Source of the DNA: Blastocystis sp. ATCC 50177/Nand II
Taxonomy: Eukaryota
Direction of reading: 5' to 3'
Length of the DNA: 64,000 nt
Assembly: GCA_039096935.1 (NCBI GenBank)
Contig: JBBPEE010000035.1
Span: 930,001-994,000, forward strand
Shown here: positions 25,952 through 37,930 of the stretch, in pieces
Numbering within the stretch: the stretch's first letter is position 1
How the letters are laid out: every line of letters begins with the position of its first letter
Notes under the pieces: generated by a model
Told to the model about the DNA's origin: nothing
What the model saw: only the letters and a program-made list of their open reading frames with translations
Database searches by the model: none
Made by a program: the position numbers and the translations under genes

Positions 25952-28149
25952 ATGTCTTCAAACACCACATTTCGATCGCGAACCTACTTCCTGAAGCGGC
26001 AATTGCCATCGACTTCACAAACAACGAATCGAATTGGCTTTTCGATTCGGCCGCCTAGTACAAATAACGCGACAAAGGAGTCGGTCGCATTGAAGGAGTA
26101 TGCCGAGAAAATGATGAAGGAGCAAAGGATGTCGTCGCAAAGGCTGTCCCAATTAGTACGCCTCTATCTATTTCCTTATCCCGTAGGCAACCTCCCTCCA
26201 GCAGATGGCACGTACCATTCGCTCCTTCCTTCAAAGTCTAGAAAAGCGGCAAACCCTCATCAAGTCGCTAGCCACGCTCAAAACAGAGAATTCACGCCTA
26301 AGAGAGCTAGTGGCTTCCAAATCGCAACTACTGCAGCAAATGGCGGTTCAGTTGGAGGCAGTGGCCACAGCGAAGAAGAGTCTGCAGGACCTCATCACCT
26401 CCCTCTTTGCCAAAATGGAACGCATCACCGAGACGAAGCGGTTGCTGCACGCCGCCCTCCAGCACCAACGAGAAAACGCAGCAGCCACGCTGCAAACCCT
26501 GCACGTGCTGATGGAAACGCTACGGAGTGGGAAGGAGGAGGAAGAAAAGGGTAAGGCAGCGGAGAGAGAATGATTCCAAGTGAAAGACGCCATCGAGAAG
26601 GCGAACGCAGCGAACGAGGCGCTGTCTGTCTCCGTTGAGGAGGTGAAGCAGAGCATCAAGCAAGTGAGTGAGGAGACGAGTAGTGTTTGTTTGTTCTATC
26701 GAAGGTAGTGAGGCTGGATTCGACGCTGGCGATTCGGCGCGACATGATGGCGCAGGCAAAAGCCAATCTCCAAACCATCTGCGCGTCGTCTGGAAGGCTG
26801 CATGAGGAGGTGAAGGCGAAGGAGGAGAGAGCGGCGAAGGAAAGAGAAGTGGTGGGCGGTTTGGAGGCGACGGTGAAGAAGGAGGATAGAGAGAAGGAGG
26901 CGATGGAGGCGGAATGGAAGGAAGAGGAGACGAAGAGAGAGGAGGAGAGAAAGAAGGAGGATGAGGAGATGGAAGAGGAGAAGAAGGAAGAGGAGAGAAG
27001 GAGAGAGGAGGTGAAGAAGGTGGAGCGAGAAGAAGAAGGCGTGAAAGAAGAGGTGGAGAAAGCAGAGACGGAGGTGAAGGAAGCGAAGCGGCTGTGCGAG
27101 GCATTGAAGGCGATGGAGAAGGAGGAGGAAGAGGCGAAGGCGGCGATGCAGGAAGGAAGAGAGGCGTTGGACGCACTGGGCAAGGAGATGGAGGCATTGG
27201 AGAAGGAGGCAGAGGCGCTGGAGAAGGAGAAGAAGTCGATGGAGGAAGCGGAAAGGGAGGGAGAAGGGATTGATGGAGAGGAAGAGAGGAGGAAGGAGGA
27301 GAAGAGACGGTTGGATGAGAAGCACAAGGCGCTGAAGAAGGAAGAAGCGGAATGGCGGAAGAAGTTGGGAATGAAGCAACTGAGGAGTGATGATGTGGAG
27401 AAGAAGGGCGCAGAGCAACAGCAGGAGGAAAAGGAGTTGGAGAAGCGATTGGGTGAAGTGAAGGCGCAATGGGATGGGAAGAAGAGAGAAGAGGAAGAAT
27501 GGAAGGCAAAGGAGGAGACTGAAAAGGAGAAGGGAGAGGCGATGAAGAAGGAAGAAGAGAAACTGAGGAGGTTGATGAGGGATGCGAGAGACGGAGGTGA
27601 GACGGTGGAAGAAGATGACGAGATTGTTGCGCTGAGACAACAAATCAACAAAACGAAGAAGGAGCAGGATCAAGTCCTTTGCACGGCAAATGCAGCCACG
27701 GGACATCATCCGTAGATTCGAGAGAAGTTTAGGGGCATCACGGAGCAACGCATCGCGGAATTGCAGGAGCAAAAGCGCTCCCTGGTGAAGGAGCATGAAT
27801 CGCAGCCCAATGTCACCAAAGCAGAAAAGAGACGGCAGAATGCGGACAAACAAGAGTCTCCCAGCAAACTCGTGTTCATGGGAGGCTTCACTCCAAAGAA
27901 GAGTACAAATGACATTGTAAACTCTGATGTGATAGAGACAACATTCACCCCAATCCGGAGACAGCGCGTGGGCGATTGCAACACAACTCATCCATAGAAG
28001 ACAGCGGCAAGCGTGCACGCATCCCTCTCTTCGCTCTCGCGCAAGGACAAGGTTTGACAACTGAAAGATGACTGAAATGCAGGTGGGATTCAAGCCTGTG
28101 AAGGTGAGCGCCTCGAAGGGAGACTGGTTTAATGACGACTTCTTCAGCT
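25952..28149 (+). CDS. Long Glu/Lys-rich coiled-coil protein of unknown function
   Basis: Extended EK-rich heptads across several exons. The last exon reads VGFKPVKVSASKGDWFNDDFFS, then T|GGTG|TGTTTGTA. Confidence 0.7.
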
Positions 28150-28563
28150 GGTGTGTTTGTAACAAGAAATGAAAACTACGGCAGTCTGGTCCACTTCGAT
28201 GACAGTGGCGTCCTGCTTTGCAAACGATTTGATTTGTTCGGTTGCCTTCTTGGCTCCCTTCTTGATCGCCCTTCCCGCCTGCTTCGCTCCATCCTTCACT
28301 CGCTGGGAGAACTCACTCGCCTTCACCTCCTCAATCTTCTCCGCAGTCTTCCTTCCAAGCTATCCATCACAGCACGGACAGACACTCACCTTCGATTCCT
28401 TGATTTGCCTGTTCACCTTCACAGCGCCTTCCCGCATCTTTCTCCATCCCTTCTTCAAGTAGCCTCCAACCGACTTGAGCACGTTCTCTTCCCCGTCCTT
28501 CGGCTCTCTACGCCTCACTTCCATTCACAGTGCCAACCGTTCTCTCCCATTCACAATGCGCAT
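28144..28563 (-). CDS. Small basic amphipathic (LEA-like) hypothetical protein
   Basis: Spliced reading gives VLKSVGGYLKKGWRKMREGAVKV...VKDGAKQAGRAIKKGAKKATEQIK. Both ends are uncertain. Confidence 0.45.
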
Positions 28564-28923
28564 CGTGTTACTATCAACGTCCAGATACTGGACGGAGGGT
28601 TGCATTTCCGAATTCATTGCAGTTTACTGATCATTCCACAGCAAGGATGCAAGTATATCCCGATCCGTCCTGTGGAATGTTCAATCGGGATCACGCCTGA
28701 CGCACGAAAAACTGTCCGAAAAACGCTCATACACACCATCAAGCCCCCAACCACGTTCATTCCTAGATACACGCATTACAACTGCAACACCATGCTATCC
28801 CTTCCAAACACATAAGAAAGCAACTGAAAATGGGAATAGAAGGGTTCCGCGGGAATTCTGATAAACTGCAGGGTCCTAAAAGCAACAGCTGCTTCATATC
28901 TATATATACCAGCCGTTCGAAAC

Positions 28924-30522
28924 ATGGAAGAGGAACCAAATCAGCCGATCGAGAAGAAGGAAGAAGAGAAGAAGAAGCGGTTGAATGATGCCAACGATTC
29001 GGAGGATGAAGACGAAAAGACGGTAGCACTTTGGGACAGCAAGTGATGGGCATAGAAGAAGAAGGATTCTAGAAGCGAGCGAGCAATCAAGGCATTGAAG
29101 AAGAATCGCAACGGTTCTGGACTGGCAAACAAGATTCCTACGAGTGAAAACGAACATAAAGGATGAGCAATAGTCACTCCTGCCACGAAGTGCAAGTTGC
29201 GTCTCCTGCAGCTGCAGAGAGTGTACGACTATCTCCAAGTCGAGAACGCGTATATCAAAAACCGAACGGAGGCGAAGAAGGAGGATGGACTGCCCGAGGC
29301 ACGACTTCTCTCGCCATCGTCACTCGTAGGAAAACGAGCTCACCATCGAATCCATCCGCGGATCGCCTCTCACCATCAGCACTGTCGAGGAGATCGTGGA
29401 CGACGACCACGTCATCATCAGCATCCGGGGTATTCTGGAGTACCTCGTGGGCGTCGCGTCGTTCGTGGACAGAGACCTCCTCGAGCCCGGCGTCTCCGTG
29501 CTCGTGAACTCGCTGGTAGGGATTGCCCCTCTCCCGTCACGATCAGTCGATGTTCGTGGTGGGAATCGTCCAGGAGAACACCAACAGCTCTGTGGACGTC
29601 ATGCGCGTCGAAAAGGCCCCCGTCGAAACCTACGCCGACATTGGCGGTCTGGACGAGCAAATCATGGAAATCAAAGTCCAACAATGCAATGCGTTTTATC
29701 TGTAGGAGTCCGTGGAGCTGCCGCTGACGCATCCCGAACTCTTCGACGAAATCGGCGTGAAACCGCCAAAGGGCGTTATTTTGTACGGCGAGCCGGGAAC
29801 GGGCAAAACGCTGTTGGCGAAGGCAGTGGCGAACAAGACGTCGGCGACGTTCCTGCGTCTGGTGGGCTCGGAGCTGATTCAGAAGTACGCGGGAGAAGGT
29901 GGGTTTTGGAATTGTGTTTCACGCACAGGTCCGAAACTGGTGCGCGACATTTTCAGTACGGCGCGTGATTTGGCGCCGTCGATTGTGTTCATCGATGAAA
30001 TCGACTCGATTGGAACGAAGCGCTATGACGCGGATTCTTCGGGCGCACGAGAAGTGCAGCGCACGATGCTGGAATTGCTGAATCAGCTGGACGGTTTCGA
30101 TGACCGCGGAGATGTGAAGGTGATCATGGCGACGAACCGAATCGAGACGTTGGATCCTGCACTGCTGCGCCCTGGAAGAATTGATCGCAAGATTAAGTTG
30201 CCGCTTCCCGATGCGGAGAGCAAGAGACGCATTTTCAATATTCACACGGTGAGCTCGAATGAGGGGTGTGAGGGTTAGAGCAAGATGAGTCTGGACAAGG
30301 ATGTGAATCTGGACTCGTTCATTCAGGCGAAGGACGATTTGTCCGGAGCGGATATTCGAGTGTGCAATCGTTGGCATTCTCACGCGTAGTCCATCTGCAT
30401 GGAGGCGGGTATGATGGCCCTGAAGGAGAGGAGAATGAAGGTGAACATGAACGACTTCGAGGAGGCGAAGAAGAAGACGCTGTTCAGAAAGAAGTCGAAG
30501 GAGCCGGAGGGGTTATACCTGT
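28924..30522 (+). CDS. PSMC1: 26S proteasome AAA-ATPase Rpt2
   Basis: [60 protein letters not shown] and C-terminal PEGLYL. Stop completed by poly(A). Confidence 0.95.
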
Positions 30523-30548
30523 GGTCTGTTTGGTTCCAGAAACATGCC

Positions 30549-33500
30549 ATTCACAGTAATCACTGTCTTCCTCGTGGCGTCTCTTTTTGCTTGTCTTTGT
30601 CTTCTTCATCCTCGGCGCGTGCTCCTTCCCTCCGCCCTCTTTCATCCCCTCCTTCCGGAACAGCTCGATCACCTCAAGAGCCGCGTTGGCCTCTTCCGTT
30701 GCATTCCGAATGCAATCGGGAACGGCGATTCCCTTCGGATGCGCATCCCAACCCTGCTTTTCCCAAGTTTTGATCCTTGCCGTGAAGTGGTCGTGAAGCA
30801 ATGAAAGAAGGAAGGCTTCGCTGCATGCGATCACGGTCTGCTGCACATGTTCCTCTCTGATGTGTTGTTGAAAGAACGCGTCGTTGAAACTGTTCTCGTC
30901 GAACGTGCACAGTGCTGTGAAGGCTTTAGTGCGGGTGGAAAAGGATATGATCGTTCTCTGCCTTGTTGCGAAGCGTTCTCATCCGCTCTTCCATCGTCTG
31001 GAGCATCTCGCTCATGCCATGCTTCGTGATTCCGGGAAGAAGCGAGCAGTAGCGCGCCATCTCCATCATGGAGTGCAGATCGCACTTCGCCTCGTCGAAA
31101 CCGACCGTGATCAGCGACTGAAGGAAATGGTCGCCTTCTCGTTGGTTGGACTCACGGAGCGTGTGATAGCAGAAGAAGAGTTGTTGCGGCGTAGCGTCGC
31201 CCTCCGCCACGGCGAGGTGGTGATTGACGGCGAAGGCCAGACGCAGCGCGATCACCGCCGAGCAGTGCTGAATGATCACTTGCAGCACGCGTTCTGCCAG
31301 CTTCCGGATCTACGCGTGAATCGTGCGGCGGTGGGCAACGGTGCGGTTGGGGGATGTGGCGTGGCGAATGACGGGCTCGACCCAGTTCACACCGTAGACC
31401 AGACCCTGCTGGATGGTGAGGAGGAGGAAGGAGAGCGTGTAGGAGAGGATCTCCGCGTTGGAGCAGTAACAGAGCGCTTTGATGGAGGGACTCAGCGAGC
31501 GGATGATGCTGGGCAGCCAGTCGTACACTTCGCACGGCTCCTCCTCCTGCTGGACCTAGTGGTGATTCGTGCGTCCTGCCGCTACAGCCACAGGCGTGGT
31601 GGTTTGTGGGAAGCTGCTGGCGGGAGACTCCAGCACCGCCGGCACTCGCTTGATGAACTCGAAAACGCACCGGACGGCGATGACGGCTCGTTCCGCGTGG
31701 TCGGGCTTCATCATGTCCAGGATCTGAAGCAACTCCGGAGCGTTGATGGCGCCTGGGTTGTGCAGCACGCACTGGAGAAAGGCTCGCAGTGCGTAGTACT
31801 GAATGGAGAGGGGGGAGTGTGTGTTGGAAAACAGAGGAACACAAAGACCCGCGGCGGACTCGAACTGGGCCCTGCCCGCGCGGTTGCAGTTCGTTTGGAG
31901 GAGCTGCATGTACAGGGATCGGTTCATCCCTTCATAGACGCACCCCATGATGGTAACGCTTCGCAGCTGCTCCTTCTCCTCCTTCTCATTCTCCAGCGTG
32001 TCAAGGCATTCATCAAGGATGTCGGAAATCGCCCCGATTTTGTCCATCCGTTCCGCCATCAGGCAGAGGCATTGGACGCAGGCTTCGATACCCTCCACGC
32101 TGTCCGTTTCTTTCAGTCGCCTCGCCACTCTTTTCTGGTAGGTTTCCAGTCGATCTGTTAGTTGGTTTTGTGGTTGGTTATCGTTCTGATTCTTCACATT
32201 TGTGTCCTTCTTCTGCACTTGTTCTTCTTTCTGGTTCTCCATTCCTCCTTCTTTCTTCTCTTCTTCATTCGCCTTCTGGACTTCCACTTGATTCTCCATC
32301 ACATTCCCTGCCTTCTTCAGCAGCGCGGCCACATCCTTCAGCGCCCACACGGCGGCAGTTCCGCTCTCCTCCGTCTCTTCCGGCAGCAGAGCGTCGATCA
32401 TGGCACACACGGCGTCACAGCGCGGCGCGCCCACCTCCAGCAGGCAGTGGAGCACACGCAGATGGACCTCCTGGCGAGTCTGTGCGTACTGTGTGAATGT
32501 GCTGTCGATGAAAGAGCCAATGGAGGCGACGGTGGGCGGCTGGGCGAGCGCCGCGCACAGCTCGTCATACAGCGCGCTGTCCTGTGGCACGAGAGAGTGG
32601 CGGTTTTCTTGGAGGAGAGTGATGAGTGCCTGCTGCAGGGGGAGCAGCGCGGGCGTGTGAGGACTCCAGAGGAGCTGGAGACAGCGATGGCCGTGTTGTT
32701 TGATGATCGGAACGGATTCGGTCACGGTGTGCTTGACACAGCACTGGAGCAGCTGCAACGCCTGCTGGCTGTACTGGGGCTGGTGTTGCAGGAGCAGGTG
32801 CAGGACCGCGGAAAGAAGACGAAGTGCCTTCACACGCACGGCTTTGCTGTCTTGCTTCAGTGCGATGAGTGCTGCGGAGCGGTAGAGGGGGAAGTGAGCG
32901 AGCGCGGTGCGTGGCTGCAGGAGAAGAATGTCGAGAGTGTGGGCGAGGGTGCTGGGGAATGGCGAGCGAAGCATGGAAGCGAGCGAGCGGAGAATGGAGG
33001 GTTGGGAGAAGAGAGAGGGCGCGTTGGCGAGGAGGGAGTGAAGAGAGGACAGAGCGGCCAGCTGGAAGCGTGTGGAGGGGTGATGCAGGAAGGAGAGGAG
33101 AAAGGCGAGGGTGTGCGGAACGCTCTTCATCGCGGGGGAGTGAGCGATGATGGCGCGAGTGAGAAGGCGGGCGGCGAAGGCGGGCGGCAGGGGAGTCTGT
33201 GGGTGAGGAGTGGAGGGTGTGGCAACGGAGAGGGTTTGGGAGAGGGACGGAAGAGTGGCTGTCGTTCTTCTCTTCTTGTCGGCGTGGTCGAGCGACTCCC
33301 ACTGCAGGAGGTACGTGGCACGGCAGGCTCGCCAGAGGGTTCCGTCGTGCGAGTAGCACGCCACGTTGAGAAGGCGGAGCAGTTGTTGTCGTTCCTCCTT
33401 GACTTCTCTGTCCGTGTCCGTCTCTGTGTTGCTTGTGTTGTCCTTTTCCTCCTTCACATTCTCCTTCTCTTCCATCATACTCTTCTCCTTCTCTTCCATC

Positions 33501-35026
33501 ACATTCTCCTTCTCTTCCTCCATCACATTCTCCTTCTCTTCCATCACACTCTTCTCCTTCTCTTCCTCCATTGCACACTTCTCCTTCTCTTCCTCCATCA
33601 CACGCTTCTCCTTCTCCACCACACACTTCCCCTCCACCACACTCTTCTCCTTCTCTTCAGAACATTCAGAACAGCGGCGACACAGAGACTGCGTGGGCTG
33701 GATGTGTGTGCCGCAGCGAGGACAGCAGTCATCCCAGCAGTCCTTCATGTACGCGTCGATCGAGTCCTCCGTGATGGTTTGCGATGGAAGAGGAGGCTTC
33801 CCTTCGCAGTAGCGGTTGTGGAGATTGGTCAGAGTGATGGTGAACGTGGAAAGGAGTTTGAACGTGAGTTTGTGGAGGGCGAGCGAGTGGGTGGTTTGGC
33901 ACTGCTGTTGAAGAAGGGTGTTTTGAAGGATGAGGAGTGTGGTGCAAAGGGGAAACAGCGGATGACTACCGTTGAAAAGGAGGAATGGGTGTACTGCACG
34001 ACGGAACACAACTCCGTGTAATGCAATTGAAGGAAGTGAAGCGCGGCGGGTTGCTGTTGCTTGAGAATGTGGAGAATGAAGAGTTGATAGAACTGCAGTG
34101 TTTTCTGTGGATGAGTACTTGTGTGGAGTTTCACTTCCTTGTTCTGAGGCAGCGGAGATTCCATCAGTTGTTGCAGAGACAGCAGGAGAAAGAGGGTGGG
34201 TGGAGAAAGAGGAGTGGACAGAGGTGGGAATGAAATAGGGACGATTTTAGGAGTTAGGACTTGATCGCAGAGGTAAGACAGAAACATGGAGGCGTGCTGG
34301 AAGTGCGTACAGAACAAGGCCTACTGGGAAAAACAGAAGGAGACAGCACAATATGGAGTTTCAACATGCTGACGGAAGAAGGGGTGATTTCGAGACAGGT
34401 AGCAAGGATGGACGGAGTGAAGCGTTGGTCCTTCAGCAGCAGAATGAGCACTTCACACAAGCGGGAGTCGTCTTTCCGCAGCAGGGTGTATTCGTCGCGA
34501 AGGAAGCGAACCACCAGCAGAAGCCGATCCTCTGTGAGAAGACTGTGGGTTAGGAAGGGAAGGGAAAACGACATGGGGAAGGAGGGATGGGTGGATGTGA
34601 GTTGCAGGACGCAGCAGATAAGGGCGGAGCAGTCGTCAACCATGCGTTTCATCTTCTTCTTCCTCGCTAGCTCCTCCCGGCAGACCGTCACCATCTCATC
34701 GACTTGCGCACAGAGCTTGGAGATGGAAACCATCGGATAGTCCTTCGATTCACCCATTGCCACAAATGAAACAAGGATGTCCAGCGTCGCAGCCACTCTC
34801 ACGAAATCGGAAATAGCAGTATGCAGAGAGGCTTCAGAAGGGTGTGGAGACGCTCGCCACTGAATCAGCAACTGCGTCATCTCCTCCACAACACTTCCCT
34901 CTACTGCATTGATAACCTCTACTCCTAATAAGCCCAATGCAATGGAAACTGGATTCAGTGGAGGGCGGTTCAATTCCAATCTGCGTCCTACTCATGAAAT
35001 GATGTGTTCGCTCCCTACTTTGCCAT
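30549..35026 (-). CDS. NIPBL: Cohesin loader Scc2/Nipped-B-like HEAT-repeat protein
   Basis: AVRVKALRLLS, IIKQHGHRCLQLLW, IEACVQCL and LLLTIQQGLVYGVNWVEPVI resemble conserved Scc2/NIPBL blocks in the same order. Contains a U12 intron at 30912-30948. Confidence 0.75.
30912..30948 (-). other. U12-type AT-AC intron (37 nt) in Scc2
   Basis: 5' ATATCCTTTT, branch-like GCCTTCAC, 3' CAC; removal deletes an in-frame stop and continues ENDLCTFDENSF. Confidence 0.85.
33440..33660 (-). repeat. Coding tandem repeat (MEEEKEK/ENV units, ~24-27 bp) in Scc2
   Basis: Repeated ttctccttctcttcc(tcc)atcac units. Confidence 0.8.
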
Positions 35027-35172
35027 GAGAGAAATTCAATTTGTGAAACAGATCGCACTTGGCGCAATGAAGATGGAGGGAAACTCTACTCCTCGAAAAA
35101 GGCTCCCTACCTCTGTGCCGATCATTTCTGTGCATTCTGAAGCAATTGGGGATAAAAGAAAAGGGAGAAAAA

Positions 35173-35245
35173 TGGATAACGAGGGTATCGATCCCCCTAC
35201 CTATCGCATGCAAAGCGATCGCTCTACCATTTGAGCTAGTTACCC
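35173..35245 (-). tRNA. tRNA-Ala (anticodon UGC)
   Basis: GGGTAAC TA GCTC AAATGGTA GAGC G ATCGC TTTGCAT GCGAT AGGTA GGGGG ATCGATA CCCTC GTTATCC A folds as a cloverleaf. It has the G3:U70 Ala identity pair and is followed by a TTTTT Pol III terminator. Confidence 0.96.
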
Positions 35246-35521
35246 ACTACAAGAGGCTATGATTGTTCATATTTCAAAAGGAGAATACAAAACACGATTC
35301 CACGCCACTTCGGCAACGGCATGACCTCCAATCAAAGGAACCAATGGCTGAGTGTAAGGGAAGAAACACGGCGAGAGCATCGTCGTGTTAAGTGGCTTAT
35401 TGCTGCTCATTGCACTCGATTCTGTGCTTTTAAGTCGACAATTTGTCCTTGACTCTCTTAGGTTTGTACGTTTGTTACTCTATTCTTGACTGGACGCGGT
35501 TTTCTCATCGGCGTGTAGAAA

Positions 35522-36169
35522 ATGAAGCACAACAACGTTTTGCCTAATGCCCACTTCAAGAAGGACTGGGATAAGCGTGTGAAGACCTGGTTCGATCAGG
35601 CCGGACAGAAGAGACGCCGCAGACTGCTCCGCAAGGCGAAGGCTGCTGCGATCGCTCCTCGCCCCGCCTGCGGACTGCTCCGCCCCGTTGTCCACTGCAC
35701 CACGCAGAAGTACAACATGAAGACCAGAATGGGACGCGGTTTCACCCTCAAGGAGCTGAAGGCTTGTTTTTCCTTTCGGATTCACGAATAGGAGGCCGGA
35801 ATCAACCCCAGAGAGGCCGAGACCATCGGCATTGCTGTGGACTACCGCAGAACCAACAAGTCTGTATGCTTGTCGTCTACAACTAAAAGATAGGTGGAGG
35901 CCCTGCAGGCCAACGTGGAGAGACTGAACGCGTACAAGAGCAAGCTGGTGGTGTTCCCCAAGAGCGGCAAGGCTGAGGAGGCGACGCAGTTCCAGGGCGT
36001 GTTCATGCCTGTGGAGAAGGTGGCTCCGAAGGTGGAGTTCATGGCTGTGAGCGAGGAGATGAAGAAGCACAACGCCTTCATGGGCTTGAGACAGGCTCGT
36101 TGCGACGCTCGCAACTTCGGCAAGCGCGCGAAGCGTGCTGCGGAGAAGGCTGCCGAGGCTCAGGAGTAA
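35522..36169 (+). CDS. RPL13: 60S ribosomal protein L13
   Basis: [16 protein letters not shown]...VKTWFDQ...[10 protein letters not shown]...VDYRRTNKS...[16 protein letters not shown]. Confidence 0.96.
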
Positions 36170-36221
36170 GAGACAGCTTTCATCAAGGACATCTATGCTG
36201 TGTTTTCTCAACAAACAGGGA

Positions 36222-37004
36222 ATTGAATCGACTTGCGCGACGGAGCCATGCTGATGTCCCTCGGATTCACACTCTTCCCCAACGCATTCCAGCGTCGGAG
36301 CACCTCCTGCTGGTAGACCGTCACGAGGGAATTCCTCGCCTCCGTCGCCTCATCCTTGATGTCCTTCACAGAGTGCAGCAATGAGAGGAGGTTGGCGCAC
36401 TGGAAATCACCCACACGACAAGCACCCACTCTATCATTAATGTTGGAGAGCGTTGCCGTGTCGTTTATGTTCTCAAAAATGCAGTCCGTCATCTCCACGC
36501 ACTGAATGGACGCCGGATTGGAAAAGAAGCTCAGATTCTCCTCCCATGCACGCTCTTCTTCTGCGTAGCCCGTGTATATTGCTTCCAGATTGTTCTTCTT
36601 CTTCTCCAAGTAGATTGCCTCCGTTTCTGTGTGGTGCTGCGAATTCAAAAGATCCTGCGAATTATGGCGGTTATGTTTGAATACTTCATTTGAATCGGGA
36701 ATCGCAGCTCTAGAGAGAAGATCACGGCACTTTGACTTGAATTCTGCCAAAATGCTATTAACTACATGTGATTCGGAGAAGCAAAGGGAAACATATGTCT
36801 GAAACGGCTTCATTCTCCACTTTCTCTGCGCTCATGTGAAATGCAATTGTATCGATGGATTCATCCACGTAAGACTCCACCTTGTCCCTGAAATGGGTTT
36901 GTTCTACATCCATTGCTGCGGATGACACTCTAGCGGCTCAAATGAAATCAGAATTCCTACGCGGCGTTGGATGCAGTTTCTGCTATCGGATACTCTTCTT
37001 CCAT
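36222..37004 (-). CDS. Hypothetical coiled-coil protein
   Basis: Multi-exon ORF with ~30-nt introns. Ends CAA T|TCCC|TGTTTGTT. Confidence 0.55.
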
Positions 37005-37131
37005 TCGATTCTCCCCCTTCTTTTGATTCTGGCAGGAATCCAAAAAGAGGCACTCCTTTCTCATTCTGAGGTAGAGAAAATCGCTATGAATTTCGGCACT
37101 CTTGTTCAAGAAGAGAAGCAACAATTGTGCA

Positions 37132-37552
37132 ATGCGAATTGATATTCACGCGGACGCTCCCTTTGATATCAAGCAGGATATTGACGATTTCTACTACAGC
37201 TACCAGCACTTCCTCAACGTCGCTATTCTTCCATAAGCTGATTTGTAGAAGTATGGGTTGTTCATTTCCATTTCATTGATCCTTGCTGTTGTTGTTTATG
37301 CGGTGATGCACTGGAGGAGAAAGGAGGAGCCTGTTGGTTGTTACTCTGTGATACAGTGATGCACAGATGATAATTTCAGCGAGATCAACAGAGAGCGGAT
37401 GAGGGCAATTCGAAGAAAGCAGGTTGGAGAGGTATGAATCACTATTGCGAATGACGAACAGTCTCTAGAAGACCAGGTGAGACGGAGGAAGGAAGGTACC
37501 GCACAGGATGCGCGTTCTTGAACTCTTTGCAGCGAGTGTTGCAAGTCTGTAG
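37132..37552 (+). CDS. Small single-pass membrane protein (SelS/VIMP-like topology)
   Basis: Spliced reading MRIDIHADAPF...KYGLFISISLILAVVVYAVMHWRRKEE...NRERMRAIRRKQ, with four GT-AG introns. Confidence 0.5.
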
Positions 37553-37930
37553 TATGTTACCTTCACCTTCCTCTTTCCAGATGAATCTGTTTCATTCTTT
37601 GTTCATCACAGTAATGACATGGGAGAAAGCATCCCAGTTGGCAGATTATCACTCCTCTTTTCTGTTCTTGTGATGATCTGAATGAACATATCAGCAGTAT
37701 GCTAACAACCCTCACTATTCCGTTCATTCACTGTAAAATGGTACGCTCCTTTCAAACTATCATCACACACTATAGGCAAATCAGGCTAGCAAGAAAAGAG
37801 CCAAGGAAAACACTCCCTACATCCGCTACATTGCCGTCTATCTTATCTTCATTAACGTAAGCTACATTCAGTCCTAACCATCGTAGATCTGGTTTTTCCT
37901 CTATAATTTCCTGATTCTGAAGAGCAAGTA

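Noticed and set aside
26520..28165. Long Pro/Ser/Leu-rich minus-strand ORFs
   Set aside because: They are reverse complements of the purine-rich EK coiled-coil gene.
30884..34021. 425-aa and 619-aa plus-strand ORFs
   Set aside because: They are antisense to the Scc2 gene, with low-complexity shadow translations.
37132..37700. Possible selenoprotein S with a SECIS element
   Set aside because: My spliced model ends in TAG with no in-frame TGA, and I see no convincing SECIS.
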